Shown here one piece after another: positions 39,740-49,755 of a DNA stretch of 64,000 bases. Source of the stretch: an uncultured virus (IMG/VR IMGVR_UViG_3300032268_000397) (lineage: Duplodnaviria > Heunggongvirae > Uroviricota > Caudoviricetes); the IMG/VR virus record IMGVR_UViG_3300032268_000397, one strand, 5' to 3'. A program made the position numbers and the translations under genes. The notes under the pieces were generated by a model, which searched no databases, had not been told where the DNA came from, and saw only the letters and a program-made list of their open reading frames with translations. Position 1 is the stretch's first letter. Every line of letters begins with the position of its first letter.

Positions 39740-40262
39740 GATAATTCTCCTTTAATTTGTTATATAGTTCTATGTCTGCTTGATAAATTTTTTTTAGCAC
39801 TTCTATCTCTCTAGTAGATAGATTTGGTTTATTATTTTCTTCATTCAGTTTTGAAACTGGTACTTTTAATCCAAGCATTTGAGCGCATAGATCTATCTGT
39901 TCTGGGAATAAAAAATAGCTACACTTTTCATTTATAAGCCCCATACTTTCTATACTCCAAAAATGAACGTCTTTATCTTTGACTTCTAAAGCTTGCTCAA
40001 AGGTTAATTTTCTTCTTGCCATACTGCTTGCAAATCTTTCAATCGGATTTCTAACCATAACACATATCTGTTCTACTTCTGGCAAGCCGTTTCTTAAATC
40101 CCACCCATCTAGGTTCATGATTGGGTGCCAACGATCTTCTCTTAAGAACATTACTCTCTTTTCGTAAACTTCCGGTAGCATAAGACTCATAAGAGCGTGA
40201 CTGCTACTACGAGCGACTAAAGCTAATGCTTTATTGTTATATAGCGCGCACATGCCCTTCAT
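39732..40262 (-). CDS. Sulfotransferase family 2-like protein
   Basis: VARSSSHAL (degenerate 5'-PSB), MVRNPIERFASS (3'-PB motif RxPxxRxxS), DVHFWS, C-terminal IYQADIELY. Confidence 0.75.
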   Translation of the reverse strand: MKGMCALYNNKALALVARSSSHALMSLMLPEVYEKRVMFLREDRWHPIMNLDGWDLRNGLPEVEQICVMVRNPIERFASSMARRKLTFEQALEVKDKDVHFWSIESMGLINEKCSYFLFPEQIDLCAQMLGLKVPVSKLNEENNKPNLSTREIEVLKKIYQADIELYNKLKENYHG

Positions 40263-40269
40263 AGATTTT

Positions 40270-41556
40270 CTAACTACTAATTACAGTGTGCCTAAATGTT
40301 GTGTTAGCAATTTTTTGATTAGTCCACTCATTGCCATCAGGCGCATTATCATAATCACGATACTTAAGAACACCATTTATAGAATCGTTATTAAGATTAA
40401 TTCCACTAACAGCCAAGCTATTTGCACCATCGGTTGTTCCTAGGGCAATATCACTATTAGCTTCTGTTTTATAGCCATGAACATATTGACGAACAAATAT
40501 AGGGCTTAGTGTCTCACTACTAACTCCAGTACTCTTAACGTCCAGAGTTTGGCCCACAACGTTGCCTATATTTCTAGTATTTATTGTTCCAGAGCCGGTA
40601 AAAGCTTCATTAAAATTAGAAAGAGCAGTACCACTATTTGCTGGTGTAGGCATGTTATAACTTGTAACGTCATTATAACTAAACTTTTTGCAGCTTACTC
40701 TGCCTAGGAAATCATTATTAGATCCTGTAAGGTCTGCCCAGTAGATATCATCGAAATAACTAGTATAGACGGAAGTATTTGTACCGCCATTGGTTTGATT
40801 ACTAGCATGACCCTTGTGAATACCAAATACCAAACTTCTAGAGTTAGTGTTACTTCTTGCTGTTGTTTGAGTATTTTGTAAATTTATGTCTAAAGTAGCA
40901 TCAGTAGAATTACGATTTATCTTTATCTGTATGTAACCCGTACTTGAACCACTTAATAAGTATTTTACTTCAATATAATTCCAAGCATTAGCGGTAACTA
41001 GAGTGCTTGATGTACCTAATAAAGTTGCAATATTTTCTAATCCAAAAAGAGGATAGTAATTTATTTCACATCCGTTTTTACCGCAACCATAAGCAGTAGG
41101 AGAGTTAGTATTCCATAATAAACCGCCCAGACCAAAATTTGATGGACCAGCAAAAGTATTACCAGCATTATAATTACCAGAATTTAATCTTCTAACAAGA
41201 ATATTTCCATTAGAATTCACACCAATATAAAAATGTGCAACACCATCTGGATCTATAACTCCGCATATGGGAGTAAAAGTTCCCCAGCTTCCACCAGCGG
41301 GCAAAAGATTATACCAAGAAAAACCAAAAACCCCGCTTGTAGTATTGGTGTTATTGGGAGATGTTAACAAGAATTTGGGATAAGTAGTTCCACTACTAAC
41401 AGACTTTAAGCAAGTTCCACTATTTCGTGGGGTTACGCTATTAGCATCAGTACTACTGATAAAACTAATTGTTCCAAGGTTACTATAATTCAAATAACTC
41501 TTAACAGCATCAAAAGAGCTATAATTTTCAAAACCTTCATATGTTATAATTGCCAT
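40270..41556 (-). CDS. Lectin-like (ConA/LamG-like) virion subunit, paralog of 49755..51161
   Basis: MAIITYEGFENY, TPICGV..HFY, NAWNYIEVKY, IKINR, DDIY, NDFLGRVSC, all shared with the 468-aa ORF. Confidence 0.6.
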   Translation of the reverse strand: MAIITYEGFENYSSFDAVKSYLNYSNLGTISFISSTDANSVTPRNSGTCLKSVSSGTTYPKFLLTSPNNTNTTSGVFGFSWYNLLPAGGSWGTFTPICGVIDPDGVAHFYIGVNSNGNILVRRLNSGNYNAGNTFAGPSNFGLGGLLWNTNSPTAYGCGKNGCEINYYPLFGLENIATLLGTSSTLVTANAWNYIEVKYLLSGSSTGYIQIKINRNSTDATLDINLQNTQTTARSNTNSRSLVFGIHKGHASNQTNGGTNTSVYTSYFDDIYWADLTGSNNDFLGRVSCKKFSYNDVTSYNMPTPANSGTALSNFNEAFTGSGTINTRNIGNVVGQTLDVKSTGVSSETLSPIFVRQYVHGYKTEANSDIALGTTDGANSLAVSGINLNNDSINGVLKYRDYDNAPDGNEWTNQKIANTTFRHTVISS

Positions 41557-41591
41557 TTAATTATCCCTTTATAGTAATTGGTTGATTTAAT

Positions 41592-41602
41592 AATTAATAC
41601 AC
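41592..41602 (-). promoter_or_regulatory. Putative late promoter motif (GTGTATTAATT)
   Basis: Intergenic; identical 11-mer to 62663..62673. Confidence 0.6.
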
Positions 41603-41607
41603 TATTT

Positions 41608-43335
41608 TCAGCCACCGCAATCGCGCCAAGTTGTAGTTGATGAAGACGCCGGACCCTGCCCAACTGCGTTTACTGCTCTGACGCTGATGGTAGAGTTTAT
41701 TGGTCCTGTTGTTATTGCGCCAAACCCATTGTTATTGAATGTGGTAGTTGTGTAATTGAAAGCTCGAAATGAAGGTCCGATGGTGATAGAGCCACCAGTC
41801 CACTGAATGAGATACCCTGTGATGGCCGAACCGCCGTCGCTTGCGGGAGGCGTCCACCGCAAATTAGCTACGGCACAACCGTCCGACCCATCAAAGTTGT
41901 AGATACCAGCGCCGTTAAAGTTGCCGTTATCGTTGTTACTGAACGTCGCTAATGCGCCCGGAACGCTGGCAATAGTATCAATATGCAAAACTCCTAAATA
42001 ACCATTTGACAAAACCGCATTGGGGAATTCGCTTTCATTTGTATTCTCTAATCTTAATACGTCCAAATAGCCATTTGATAGAGCGGCGTTTGGGAATTCA
42101 CTTTCGTTTATAGTATCATTACCTAATGTGCTAAGAAACCCATTGGCTAAACTTAATGGCCTTACGGCATTGGCGTTTGGTGAATAATTTTCTGTTATAT
42201 ATTCTTCACCAGTTCCTATACTATTAGTTGCTGTAATTTTTATTTTGTAATTTACGCCGTTTGTTAATCCTGTTATATCTACGCTGCTAGCATATGCGGT
42301 TTGGCCGTTTCCAAATACCGTCCAAGAATTTCCATTATTAGAACTATAACTTATCGTGAAGTATGTTACGTTACTACTACTTAGTGTTGGAGTAATTCTT
42401 AAATAACTATTAAAAGCGTCTACGGAAACAGACAGGATTGCTGGAGGTTCACTACCAAAGTTATTAGCATAAAAATAAGTCGCCAAACTAGTACGTTTAC
42501 TTATATTTGGTCCAGCCCAGCTAAATCTCAAATTATCTCCCTCATAACCCTCTCTATGAATTATTCTGATAGCATAAACTGTTCCAGCAATTAGAGATAT
42601 TGATCCACTTCTTTCAGTATCTGGTTGATATCCTGTTACATTATTACTGACGACCATGTTACTAGATGATCTACCAGTACTAGCTTCTGCTACGCTACCA
42701 ATCCACACCGCACTACCATCATCGCTACTTGTATAAAAAGTATACGTTCCAGTTGTGGGAGGAATAAAATAACCGATAGCCATAAATCCATAATTATCAT
42801 CATTTTCCCCGTAATCTATGCTAGAGTATAGAGAAGGAGAAGAAAGAGGTGTAGATAGGAAGTTTCCAGCCAACATTTCAGCATCTGATGGCTGTCCTCC
42901 CCTTTTGAATTGACCATAAAGATTTCCAACGATTCCCGGTGGAGTTGTGATACTAGAACTAGAATTTGATGGACTGCTACTACCAACGCTATTAACAGCT
43001 ATGGCTCTGAAAATATAAGAACGACCGTATAATAATACATTTACAGTAATATTAGATGTTGCTGTTGAGTTAGCTCTATTGAAAGTTGTCCAACTACTAC
43101 CATTATTGCTAGAATATTGAACAATATAATTAGTTATTGCGCTTCCACCATTACTAGACGAGGCAGAAAAACTTATTATTGCATCTTTACCAGAAATAGA
43201 AACTACGACATTCGTTGGAGAAGTTGGAACAGAGATAGGATTATAAAGGATGTTTGATCCCTTATAAGCCTTTAGGACTGTATTTCGCCCAATCTTTATT
43301 ACAACCTGAGAATTTCCTATATTAGCTTTAGTCAT
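41608..43335 (-). CDS. Adhesin / receptor-binding protein: FN3 - PA14-like - FN3 - 3 peptide repeats - FN3
   Basis: IKIGRNTVLKAYKG N-terminus; FN3 motifs; PA14 signature GYFIPPTTGTYTFYTSSDDGSAVWIG...ERSGSISL. Confidence 0.8.
   Translation of the reverse strand: MTKANIGNSQVVIKIGRNTVLKAYKGSNILYNPISVPTSPTNVVVSISGKDAIISFSASSSNGGSAITNYIVQYSSNNGSSWTTFNRANSTATSNITVNVLLYGRSYIFRAIAVNSVGSSSPSNSSSSITTPPGIVGNLYGQFKRGGQPSDAEMLAGNFLSTPLSSPSLYSSIDYGENDDNYGFMAIGYFIPPTTGTYTFYTSSDDGSAVWIGSVAEASTGRSSSNMVVSNNVTGYQPDTERSGSISLIAGTVYAIRIIHREGYEGDNLRFSWAGPNISKRTSLATYFYANNFGSEPPAILSVSVDAFNSYLRITPTLSSSNVTYFTISYSSNNGNSWTVFGNGQTAYASSVDITGLTNGVNYKIKITATNSIGTGEEYITENYSPNANAVRPLSLANGFLSTLGNDTINESEFPNAALSNGYLDVLRLENTNESEFPNAVLSNGYLGVLHIDTIASVPGALATFSNNDNGNFNGAGIYNFDGSDGCAVANLRWTPPASDGGSAITGYLIQWTGGSITIGPSFRAFNYTTTTFNNNGFGAITTGPINSTISVRAVNAVGQGPASSSTTTWRDCGG
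41977..42156 (-). repeat. Three 23-aa (69-nt) peptide repeats, type B (L[AS]NG[FY]L)
   Basis: LSLANGFLSTLGNDTINESEFPN / AALSNGYLDVLRLENTNESEFPN / AVLSNGYLGVLHID. Confidence 0.9.
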
Positions 43336-43337
43336 AA

Positions 43338-45107
43338 CTATACTATAAAGTAAATTGTATTAGGATCGTAATTGCCACTACCAATAGCATCATAACTTGC
43401 TTGATTCATTTGAACAATGTTATTAATGCCGCTAGCTCCAGTTATACCAGATGTATTACTTCGTACTAATCCACTTGGCAAAAGTCCACTAACACTAATA
43501 TTAAAATCTGTGATATTAGATGAAGTATGAGAATGACCACTTACACTTACACTAGTACCATTAACAGTTAATCCATTCACAAAATTATGAACTGCATTAA
43601 CCGTTCGATTATTATCCACATGCAAGTATTGAGAGTGATCATCGTCACCCAATCCGAATAAACTTCCGTGATCATTCTGGGTAACTCCAGCGACAGTACT
43701 AATTACGGCTACTCGTATATCAAGAATACTACGTAAAGTACACTTAGGAACATTTGTGTAGCTGTTGCTATCAGCAGCAAATATTAGTCGATAAAGAGGT
43801 TTAACTTCGCTTACTGGAAGATTAGTCAGATTAACATCGCTCCAAGAGTTACTATTTTCAGCGGCTCCCTCAGTGCCATCATATCTTTGACCCATAATAC
43901 TAATTATAGGATCATCAATTTGATTAGTTGCAAGAATCCATGCTGCAAAGTATCTTGTTTGTCCACCGGGGCTAACATCGGGGGTTGTCCAAGTGCTACC
44001 AGTTAATAAGTTATATTGTGGGCCATTAGCACCATATTTAACAGGATAGTCTGTGGCGGTATTCTTAACCCACTGACCAGTAGTTCCGTCGTGATAATAA
44101 ACGGGAATTTTAGCAATCGGACTTAACTCTTGACAGAACGGATCGGTACTAGAACTGTCAGTAATATTTATCTCAATATCTTCTTGATAAAGAGTACCAT
44201 TACCAATTGATATGGTTGCATGACTATTGCTAGACCCATTTCCGCCTAGAACATAGTTACCAATGCTCAAACCGTCAATATATTGTGCGCCAAAAGTATT
44301 ATGAATCCACTTGTGAGTGCTAGTATCCATCACAATGCCGTGACGCTCTTCAGCAAAGAAAGTCATTTGTCCACTAGGACCAACTCCACTGTTCCAAGCT
44401 ATATATGCAATAGGAATATCACTACTGAAGTCAAAATTTGTAGTTTTATTTGATATTTGATTATTAGTAGTGTCAAAGTGAATATAATTAATTTGGGTAA
44501 GATTTGGTATAGTTAAACTATCACCACTAGTTTTGACAACTTTGATACCTTTATTGTAATAACTATATGAGCTTCCTGTAGGTTCTATTCTGAATATATT
44601 TCCACTAACACTAATTCTACTATCAGTTCTATTAATAAATCCTTGAGGCTGTTGACTATCAACATGGACTAAATTTGTAGAAGCAACGGTATAAACACCA
44701 CTATTATTAGTGATGTCAATGTCATAACCAGCAAGAATATTTTTAACGGGTAATAAACCACTAACAGAACTATTAAAGTCAGTAATATTAGAACTAAGGT
44801 GAGAATGTCCACTAACACTAACAACAACGCCATTTTGTCTTAAACTTGTAAAGTTTCCACTAGCCCCTATTAAAGTAGAAACGCCACTAATACTAAAATT
44901 GCGCGCATCAAGACTACCACCAAGTTCTGGACTAATATCTTCTACAATATCAGAGATTCCACCGCCTATAGCATTACTCAATTGACTTAAACTTATTTTT
45001 TTTGTAACACCAACACCGGAAGGATTATCCGTAAAAATAAAAACATCATCAGCAGTTAAGCTTCCACTACCTTCTGGGAAATCTTTGAGTCGTTTTATAT
45101 TTATCAT
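43338..45107 (-). CDS. Trimeric fibre protein (589 aa)
   Basis: DISPELGGSLD motif; duplicated SVSGHSHxSSNITDFNxSVSGLLP; HGSLFGLGDDDHSQY; C-terminal QASYDAIG..DPNTIYFIV typical of fibre C-termini. Confidence 0.75.
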   Translation of the reverse strand: MINIKRLKDFPEGSGSLTADDVFIFTDNPSGVGVTKKISLSQLSNAIGGGISDIVEDISPELGGSLDARNFSISGVSTLIGASGNFTSLRQNGVVVSVSGHSHLSSNITDFNSSVSGLLPVKNILAGYDIDITNNSGVYTVASTNLVHVDSQQPQGFINRTDSRISVSGNIFRIEPTGSSYSYYNKGIKVVKTSGDSLTIPNLTQINYIHFDTTNNQISNKTTNFDFSSDIPIAYIAWNSGVGPSGQMTFFAEERHGIVMDTSTHKWIHNTFGAQYIDGLSIGNYVLGGNGSSNSHATISIGNGTLYQEDIEINITDSSSTDPFCQELSPIAKIPVYYHDGTTGQWVKNTATDYPVKYGANGPQYNLLTGSTWTTPDVSPGGQTRYFAAWILATNQIDDPIISIMGQRYDGTEGAAENSNSWSDVNLTNLPVSEVKPLYRLIFAADSNSYTNVPKCTLRSILDIRVAVISTVAGVTQNDHGSLFGLGDDDHSQYLHVDNNRTVNAVHNFVNGLTVNGTSVSVSGHSHTSSNITDFNISVSGLLPSGLVRSNTSGITGASGINNIVQMNQASYDAIGSGNYDPNTIYFIV

Positions 45108-45138
45108 ATTATATCCTTGTAAAATTAGCTTATAATAT

Positions 45139-48100
45139 TTAGGCTGTTGGATCTGTAAAAATTATACTTAAATACCCGTTTGCAAGCGCGGCGTTGGAGA
45201 ATTCATTTTGGTTTATAGTATCACTTGTTAATACACTAATAAAACCATTGGATATAGCTGCATTTGAGAATTCTGCATCATTAATATTGTTAATATTTAA
45301 TGTACTAATAAATCCATTAGCTAGATATATTGGCTCTACTGGCTGAACTGGAGTACTGAAGATTGTTTGACTGAAATCTCCAGTAGAAATTACATTAGCG
45401 TAATCATAGTATACAGGAGCAACTTTAATATAGTATGTTGAATTATTTATTAATTGTTCAAGGGTATATAAATTGTTAGTACTATTTGTTAGCACGGTTT
45501 GTAATTGTTGTCCATATAAACCATAGACTACTAGATAGTTGCTAAGTATACCTTTAATATTATTAGAGGCGGTCCAAGATAGTGAAACCCGATTAGCATT
45601 AGGAGAACCTGTCAAGTTAATTGGAGCGTTTGAAATTATATCTAATTGTCCAGAAGCGATAAATATATCAGAAGAAAGTTTAACTATAGACGAGGTATTG
45701 CCACTAACAAAAACTGGATCACTCAATCCATGAAGATTGAAAGATCTAATGTCATATATGTAAGATCTACCAGGAATTAATCCGCTAATATTTATGAACG
45801 TATCAATATTAGATAAACCGCTAGCTCTTATACTATCAGCAAAGCCGCTTTGCTTAATCTGATAGCCTAGTATCGAAGAAGAGCCACTATTTAGTGGAGT
45901 ATTCCAAGTTAGATTAAGTCTAGTTCTTGCTAACTCCCAATCGTCTGGAGAAGCTATACTGGCATTTAAGACCTGTGAGGGTGGTTTAAGTTGTGGGATA
46001 TTTACATAATTTGTAAAAGGTGAGGGGCTTTGCTCTTGAGAGTAAACAAATCCAATTTTGACATTATAGTCATTATAATCTTGTAATAATATATCATCGT
46101 TAAATACAATATAATTTCCTGTTTGTTCTACTAATAAATCTTTAGTTTCATTAGTTACAATATTTTGTAACTGTACTTTATACCCTTCCCATTGAGAACC
46201 AGATATCGCGGCTTGTGAGGAGTTGATGTATAAATTAATGAATTTTTGGCTAATAAATCCAGATGATAAAATAGGTATACCGCTAAAATTAAATCTAAGT
46301 ATATCTTGATCTAATGCATAAGACTGATACATATTGCTAAATCTCGTATCTACTAATTTGATAGCTTTTTGGTCTAATAGATATGACTGATATATATTGC
46401 TCAACCTTGTATCTAAAAATATCGCAGGCGTTTGATCTAGTATGTAGGATTGATACATATTACTAAATCTCGTATCTAGCAATATCAGAGGTGTTTGGTC
46501 TAATAAGTATGACTGATATACATTGCTTAATCTTGTGTCATATAACTTAAAAGCTACTTGATCTAATAAATAAGATTGATAGATATTACTAAATCTAGTA
46601 TCGTATACAACAAGTTTTTCTTGATCTATGATATAGCTCTGATAAAGATTACTTAAGAAAGCAACTGGGGTTATTTCTAATAGTGAAAAATTAGTGAATA
46701 CATTTACTGTCTCAGGCTCAAATGTTCCTATCTTGGCCCTATAATTAGTTAGATTATGAGTAAAATAGCCAATATTAGATACTGTTAGAGTTTTACTATT
46801 AGCCCCAGATATATCAACAAATGATGAATGGTTTAAGTTAGGATTAAATTCTTGCCACTGATATGATACAGTTCCTTCATAAGTAGCGGTCGCGTCAGTA
46901 TTCAAAGTTAAAGTGCTAGATCTTGTTTTTATACTCGATGCTGGCTGATTAATAATAGAAACTGCTGGTATCTCAACGCTTAACTTCTTAGGTTCTGAAA
47001 TAACAGATTCGGCACCATCAATTCCTCGTATACCAACTCTATACATTGAATTATTATCTCTTGATCTTATTAATCTAGATAAAGAGAGAAATGACTTATC
47101 TTCACCTATTATATTAGTATAGATATTAATATCTTTGTCTAACTTCTGCCATTGATATGAAAGCGGGGCGCTTGTGTTGGTTATTGCTGCTTCTACGCTG
47201 AACAATGCTGAATGAGCCAAAGCTGTTTGATCAGCTAAAGGTTTTGTAAACGTAATTAGTGGTTTAGATATTAATAGAGTGCTAAAATTACTAGCAACGC
47301 TATCAGCACCATCAGTAGCACTAACTATTACTCTATATCTATCTAAGTTATTGTCTAGATATCGTAAATTTTCTAATCTTAACGTAGCGCTGTTCGTGTT
47401 CGGTATGTCAATATATGTAGAAGTTATAGGGTTAAATTTTTGCCATTGATAAGATAGCATTTGATTAAAATTAACAGATGCGATAACTGATATTTCACCT
47501 ACTCCATCAATACCAGAGAAAGATATTGGTAGTGGGTTTACATTAATAGTTGGTTTGTTTAGCAAAACTGCAAACGAAGAACTGAATTTAGGAGTAGATC
47601 CCTGATCACTTGTATAAAATCTTCTAAATTCAGTATTGTTATACTGTAGATAACTTGCGTTATTAATAGATAAATAGTCGCCAGACTGATTAGCTATATT
47701 TATCCAATCATTAGTACTAGAATTATAAGACTGCCAAAATCCAAACAGCTGTCCAGAAACTTGAGTAACTGTATTAAATTCAAGCTCTGCCGTGGAGAAT
47801 AAAGTGAACGATCTATCATTCCCTATGTTGCCACTAATTCCAAAGATAAGCTGCGTATCATCTATGACATTAATTTTGGGCGCATATGGCACATTAATAG
47901 TAAAAAATTGACTAGTACTTACATCTTTAGAATACCTAGCTTGCAAAAATATTCTATATATATCATTATCGTCCACATCATATTCTAATCCAGTTAGTTT
48001 AAGATTTGGAGTGTTTGCGCCAGAAATATTAGTATAGACGTTATCAAATTCGTTAGACTTGTTTTGCCACTGATATATAATTTCGTCTCCACTAGTAATA

Positions 48101-49131
48101 GTTGCTAGAACTGATAAATTAATCTCACCAGAAACAGCGATGGGAGCAAATGTATTTGGATTGATGGCAGTAATTGTTGACTTAGGAACACTTAACTTAG
48201 CGTATTGACTTAACTTAGATCTATTAATATTACCAACATACAAAATAGCTCTATATAAAGATTCATCATCATCTCTGTTATTTAAGTTTCTTACAACGAG
48301 AGAGCTAGATCTAGATTGCGGTATGGTTATAAATGAATTGTCTGATAGCCTTTTTCTTTGCCAAACATAAGATAGCGGAGTTCCGTCATCAGCTAATGCT
48401 TCAATATTAAAGTTGGCAACACCTTGATTAGACTGAGTATCTGATGGATGAGAGATAATACTAATTTTAGGAAATCTTGTTAATGTAATCCTAGCAATAT
48501 TACTATATACATAAACTGGCGAGTATGAAGTTTTGATCTTTACTCTATATTCGTTTAGATTATCCCTATCATACAATAGTGATTTTAATGAAAGCGTTTT
48601 TTGATTTTCGTTTGGAATATCTTGAAAATTACCAAAGCCATTTTTACTAATTTGCCACTGATAAAATAGCCTTACACTGGGACTTACTGTGGCGTCTACT
48701 GATAAAATAGTATTATCTAAAAATCCTAAGTCAATACTCTTAGGGTGACTTTTAATACTTATTGTTGGGCTTGGTAAATCTTTAGTAATAGAAAGAGTAG
48801 CTTCGTCACTATAAACCGGTGGATCATTACCATAGTGACCTATATACACTCTATATTTAGCGCCATTATCATCAATGCTAGGATTTGAAACTAATAAAGT
48901 TGAGCCATTTGCGAATGGTATATCAGTAAAATAATCTTCAAAAAAACTTCTTTTCTGCCACTGATAATAATAGGATGGCAGTTGATCAATAGTAGAGCTA
49001 ATATTAAAAATGGCTATATCATCATAGACAGTAGCATTTTTGGGTTGCTCCGTAATAACTATAGTTATAGGATTTCTTCTTAGTACCGGTTCATAGCCAC
49101 ACGGGCAATGACAGTCTTCTGGCCTACCCAT
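45139..49131 (-). CDS. Ig-like repeat scaffold protein (1330 aa): about 8 Ig-like domains, 6 type-A repeats, 2 FN3, 3 type-B repeats
   Basis: Recurring YQWQ...I.G.....L......D...YR(V/A) Ig-like units; FN3 motifs (LNLTWNTP, VSLSWTAS); N-terminal CHCPC. Confidence 0.8.
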   Translation of the reverse strand: MGRPEDCHCPCGYEPVLRRNPITIVITEQPKNATVYDDIAIFNISSTIDQLPSYYYQWQKRSFFEDYFTDIPFANGSTLLVSNPSIDDNGAKYRVYIGHYGNDPPVYSDEATLSITKDLPSPTISIKSHPKSIDLGFLDNTILSVDATVSPSVRLFYQWQISKNGFGNFQDIPNENQKTLSLKSLLYDRDNLNEYRVKIKTSYSPVYVYSNIARITLTRFPKISIISHPSDTQSNQGVANFNIEALADDGTPLSYVWQRKRLSDNSFITIPQSRSSSLVVRNLNNRDDDESLYRAILYVGNINRSKLSQYAKLSVPKSTITAINPNTFAPIAVSGEINLSVLATITSGDEIIYQWQNKSNEFDNVYTNISGANTPNLKLTGLEYDVDDNDIYRIFLQARYSKDVSTSQFFTINVPYAPKINVIDDTQLIFGISGNIGNDRSFTLFSTAELEFNTVTQVSGQLFGFWQSYNSSTNDWINIANQSGDYLSINNASYLQYNNTEFRRFYTSDQGSTPKFSSSFAVLLNKPTINVNPLPISFSGIDGVGEISVIASVNFNQMLSYQWQKFNPITSTYIDIPNTNSATLRLENLRYLDNNLDRYRVIVSATDGADSVASNFSTLLISKPLITFTKPLADQTALAHSALFSVEAAITNTSAPLSYQWQKLDKDINIYTNIIGEDKSFLSLSRLIRSRDNNSMYRVGIRGIDGAESVISEPKKLSVEIPAVSIINQPASSIKTRSSTLTLNTDATATYEGTVSYQWQEFNPNLNHSSFVDISGANSKTLTVSNIGYFTHNLTNYRAKIGTFEPETVNVFTNFSLLEITPVAFLSNLYQSYIIDQEKLVVYDTRFSNIYQSYLLDQVAFKLYDTRLSNVYQSYLLDQTPLILLDTRFSNMYQSYILDQTPAIFLDTRLSNIYQSYLLDQKAIKLVDTRFSNMYQSYALDQDILRFNFSGIPILSSGFISQKFINLYINSSQAAISGSQWEGYKVQLQNIVTNETKDLLVEQTGNYIVFNDDILLQDYNDYNVKIGFVYSQEQSPSPFTNYVNIPQLKPPSQVLNASIASPDDWELARTRLNLTWNTPLNSGSSSILGYQIKQSGFADSIRASGLSNIDTFINISGLIPGRSYIYDIRSFNLHGLSDPVFVSGNTSSIVKLSSDIFIASGQLDIISNAPINLTGSPNANRVSLSWTASNNIKGILSNYLVVYGLYGQQLQTVLTNSTNNLYTLEQLINNSTYYIKVAPVYYDYANVISTGDFSQTIFSTPVQPVEPIYLANGFISTLNINNINDAEFSNAAISNGFISVLTSDTINQNEFSNAALANGYLSIIFTDPTA
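45142..45330 (-). repeat. Three 23-aa type-B peptide repeats at the C-terminus of the 1330-aa protein
   Basis: IYLANGFISTLNINNINDAEFSN / AAISNGFISVLTSDTINQNEFSN / AALANGYLSIIFTD; homologous to 41977..42156. Confidence 0.9.
46306..46662 (-). repeat. Six 21-aa (63-nt) tandem peptide repeats, type A ([FL]SNxYQSYx[LI]DQ)
   Basis: Seen directly in both DNA and translation; conserved 14-aa core with variable 7-aa spacers, all in frame. Confidence 0.95.
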
Positions 49132-49146
49132 GTTATGAAACCTCTA

Positions 49147-49755
49147 TTATGTTAAATACTTATAGAGCAATAGCTTTCTATCAATATTTGTATTAAGATT
49201 TAAATTGATATTGTGTAAGTTAAAACTTTGGTTAATCAACTGGTCGTATTTTATAGTGACAACATTCTTGCCAGCTATTCTATATTCTGAGCGTATATTA
49301 TCTATTATGTCAGAAGTCTTCATGAAGTCTTCATGATCTTTTTCAGTTAAAGAGCCAAAAAAGTATTCTGTATTAATAGCGTCAAAATCATACTTGACAT
49401 ATAGCATAACGCACTCAGAAATAGGTAAGTAGTATTGACTTACTAGAAAATCAGTTAGTCCACAGTGAATAATATTTTTGCTCAAGTGTTTTGTGAAATA
49501 TACTAAATCATTCACAGTGTCTATGTTTTCTCTTAAAGCTGTACACTCTAAATTAAGTTTATGCTGATAGAAAGACGAGAAGGCTCTTAGATCTACGGTT
49601 TTTAATGTAAGTATGCTATCATCGATAGATGTAGGAAGCTTTAAAAAGTCTTCATTCACACTATATACAGTAGTTAAATCATTATCACCAGTAAGTAGTA
49701 AATGAGATAAATACTTATCAAATGGTAAATTATTAGATATGATAGAATATATCAT
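49147..49755 (-). CDS. Hypothetical protein, possibly a divergent sulfotransferase-fold protein
   Basis: KNIIHCGLTDFLVSQY and NVVTIKYDQLI echo the D..VSxY and (I/V)xYEDL motifs of sulfotransferases, but no clear 5'-PSB loop is visible. Confidence 0.3.
   Translation of the reverse strand: MIYSIISNNLPFDKYLSHLLLTGDNDLTTVYSVNEDFLKLPTSIDDSILTLKTVDLRAFSSFYQHKLNLECTALRENIDTVNDLVYFTKHLSKNIIHCGLTDFLVSQYYLPISECVMLYVKYDFDAINTEYFFGSLTEKDHEDFMKTSDIIDNIRSEYRIAGKNVVTIKYDQLINQSFNLHNINLNLNTNIDRKLLLYKYLT

Noticed and set aside
41977..45330. Similar segments in two fibre genes as a DGR template/variable repeat pair
   Set aside because: Differences are not confined to adenines, both copies are coding, and no reverse transcriptase is present in the window.
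46306..46662. 63-nt periodic repeats with variable spacers resembling a mini-CRISPR array
   Set aside because: The repeats are degenerate mainly at synonymous positions, stay in frame inside a long ORF and are conserved as peptide; no cas genes in the window.
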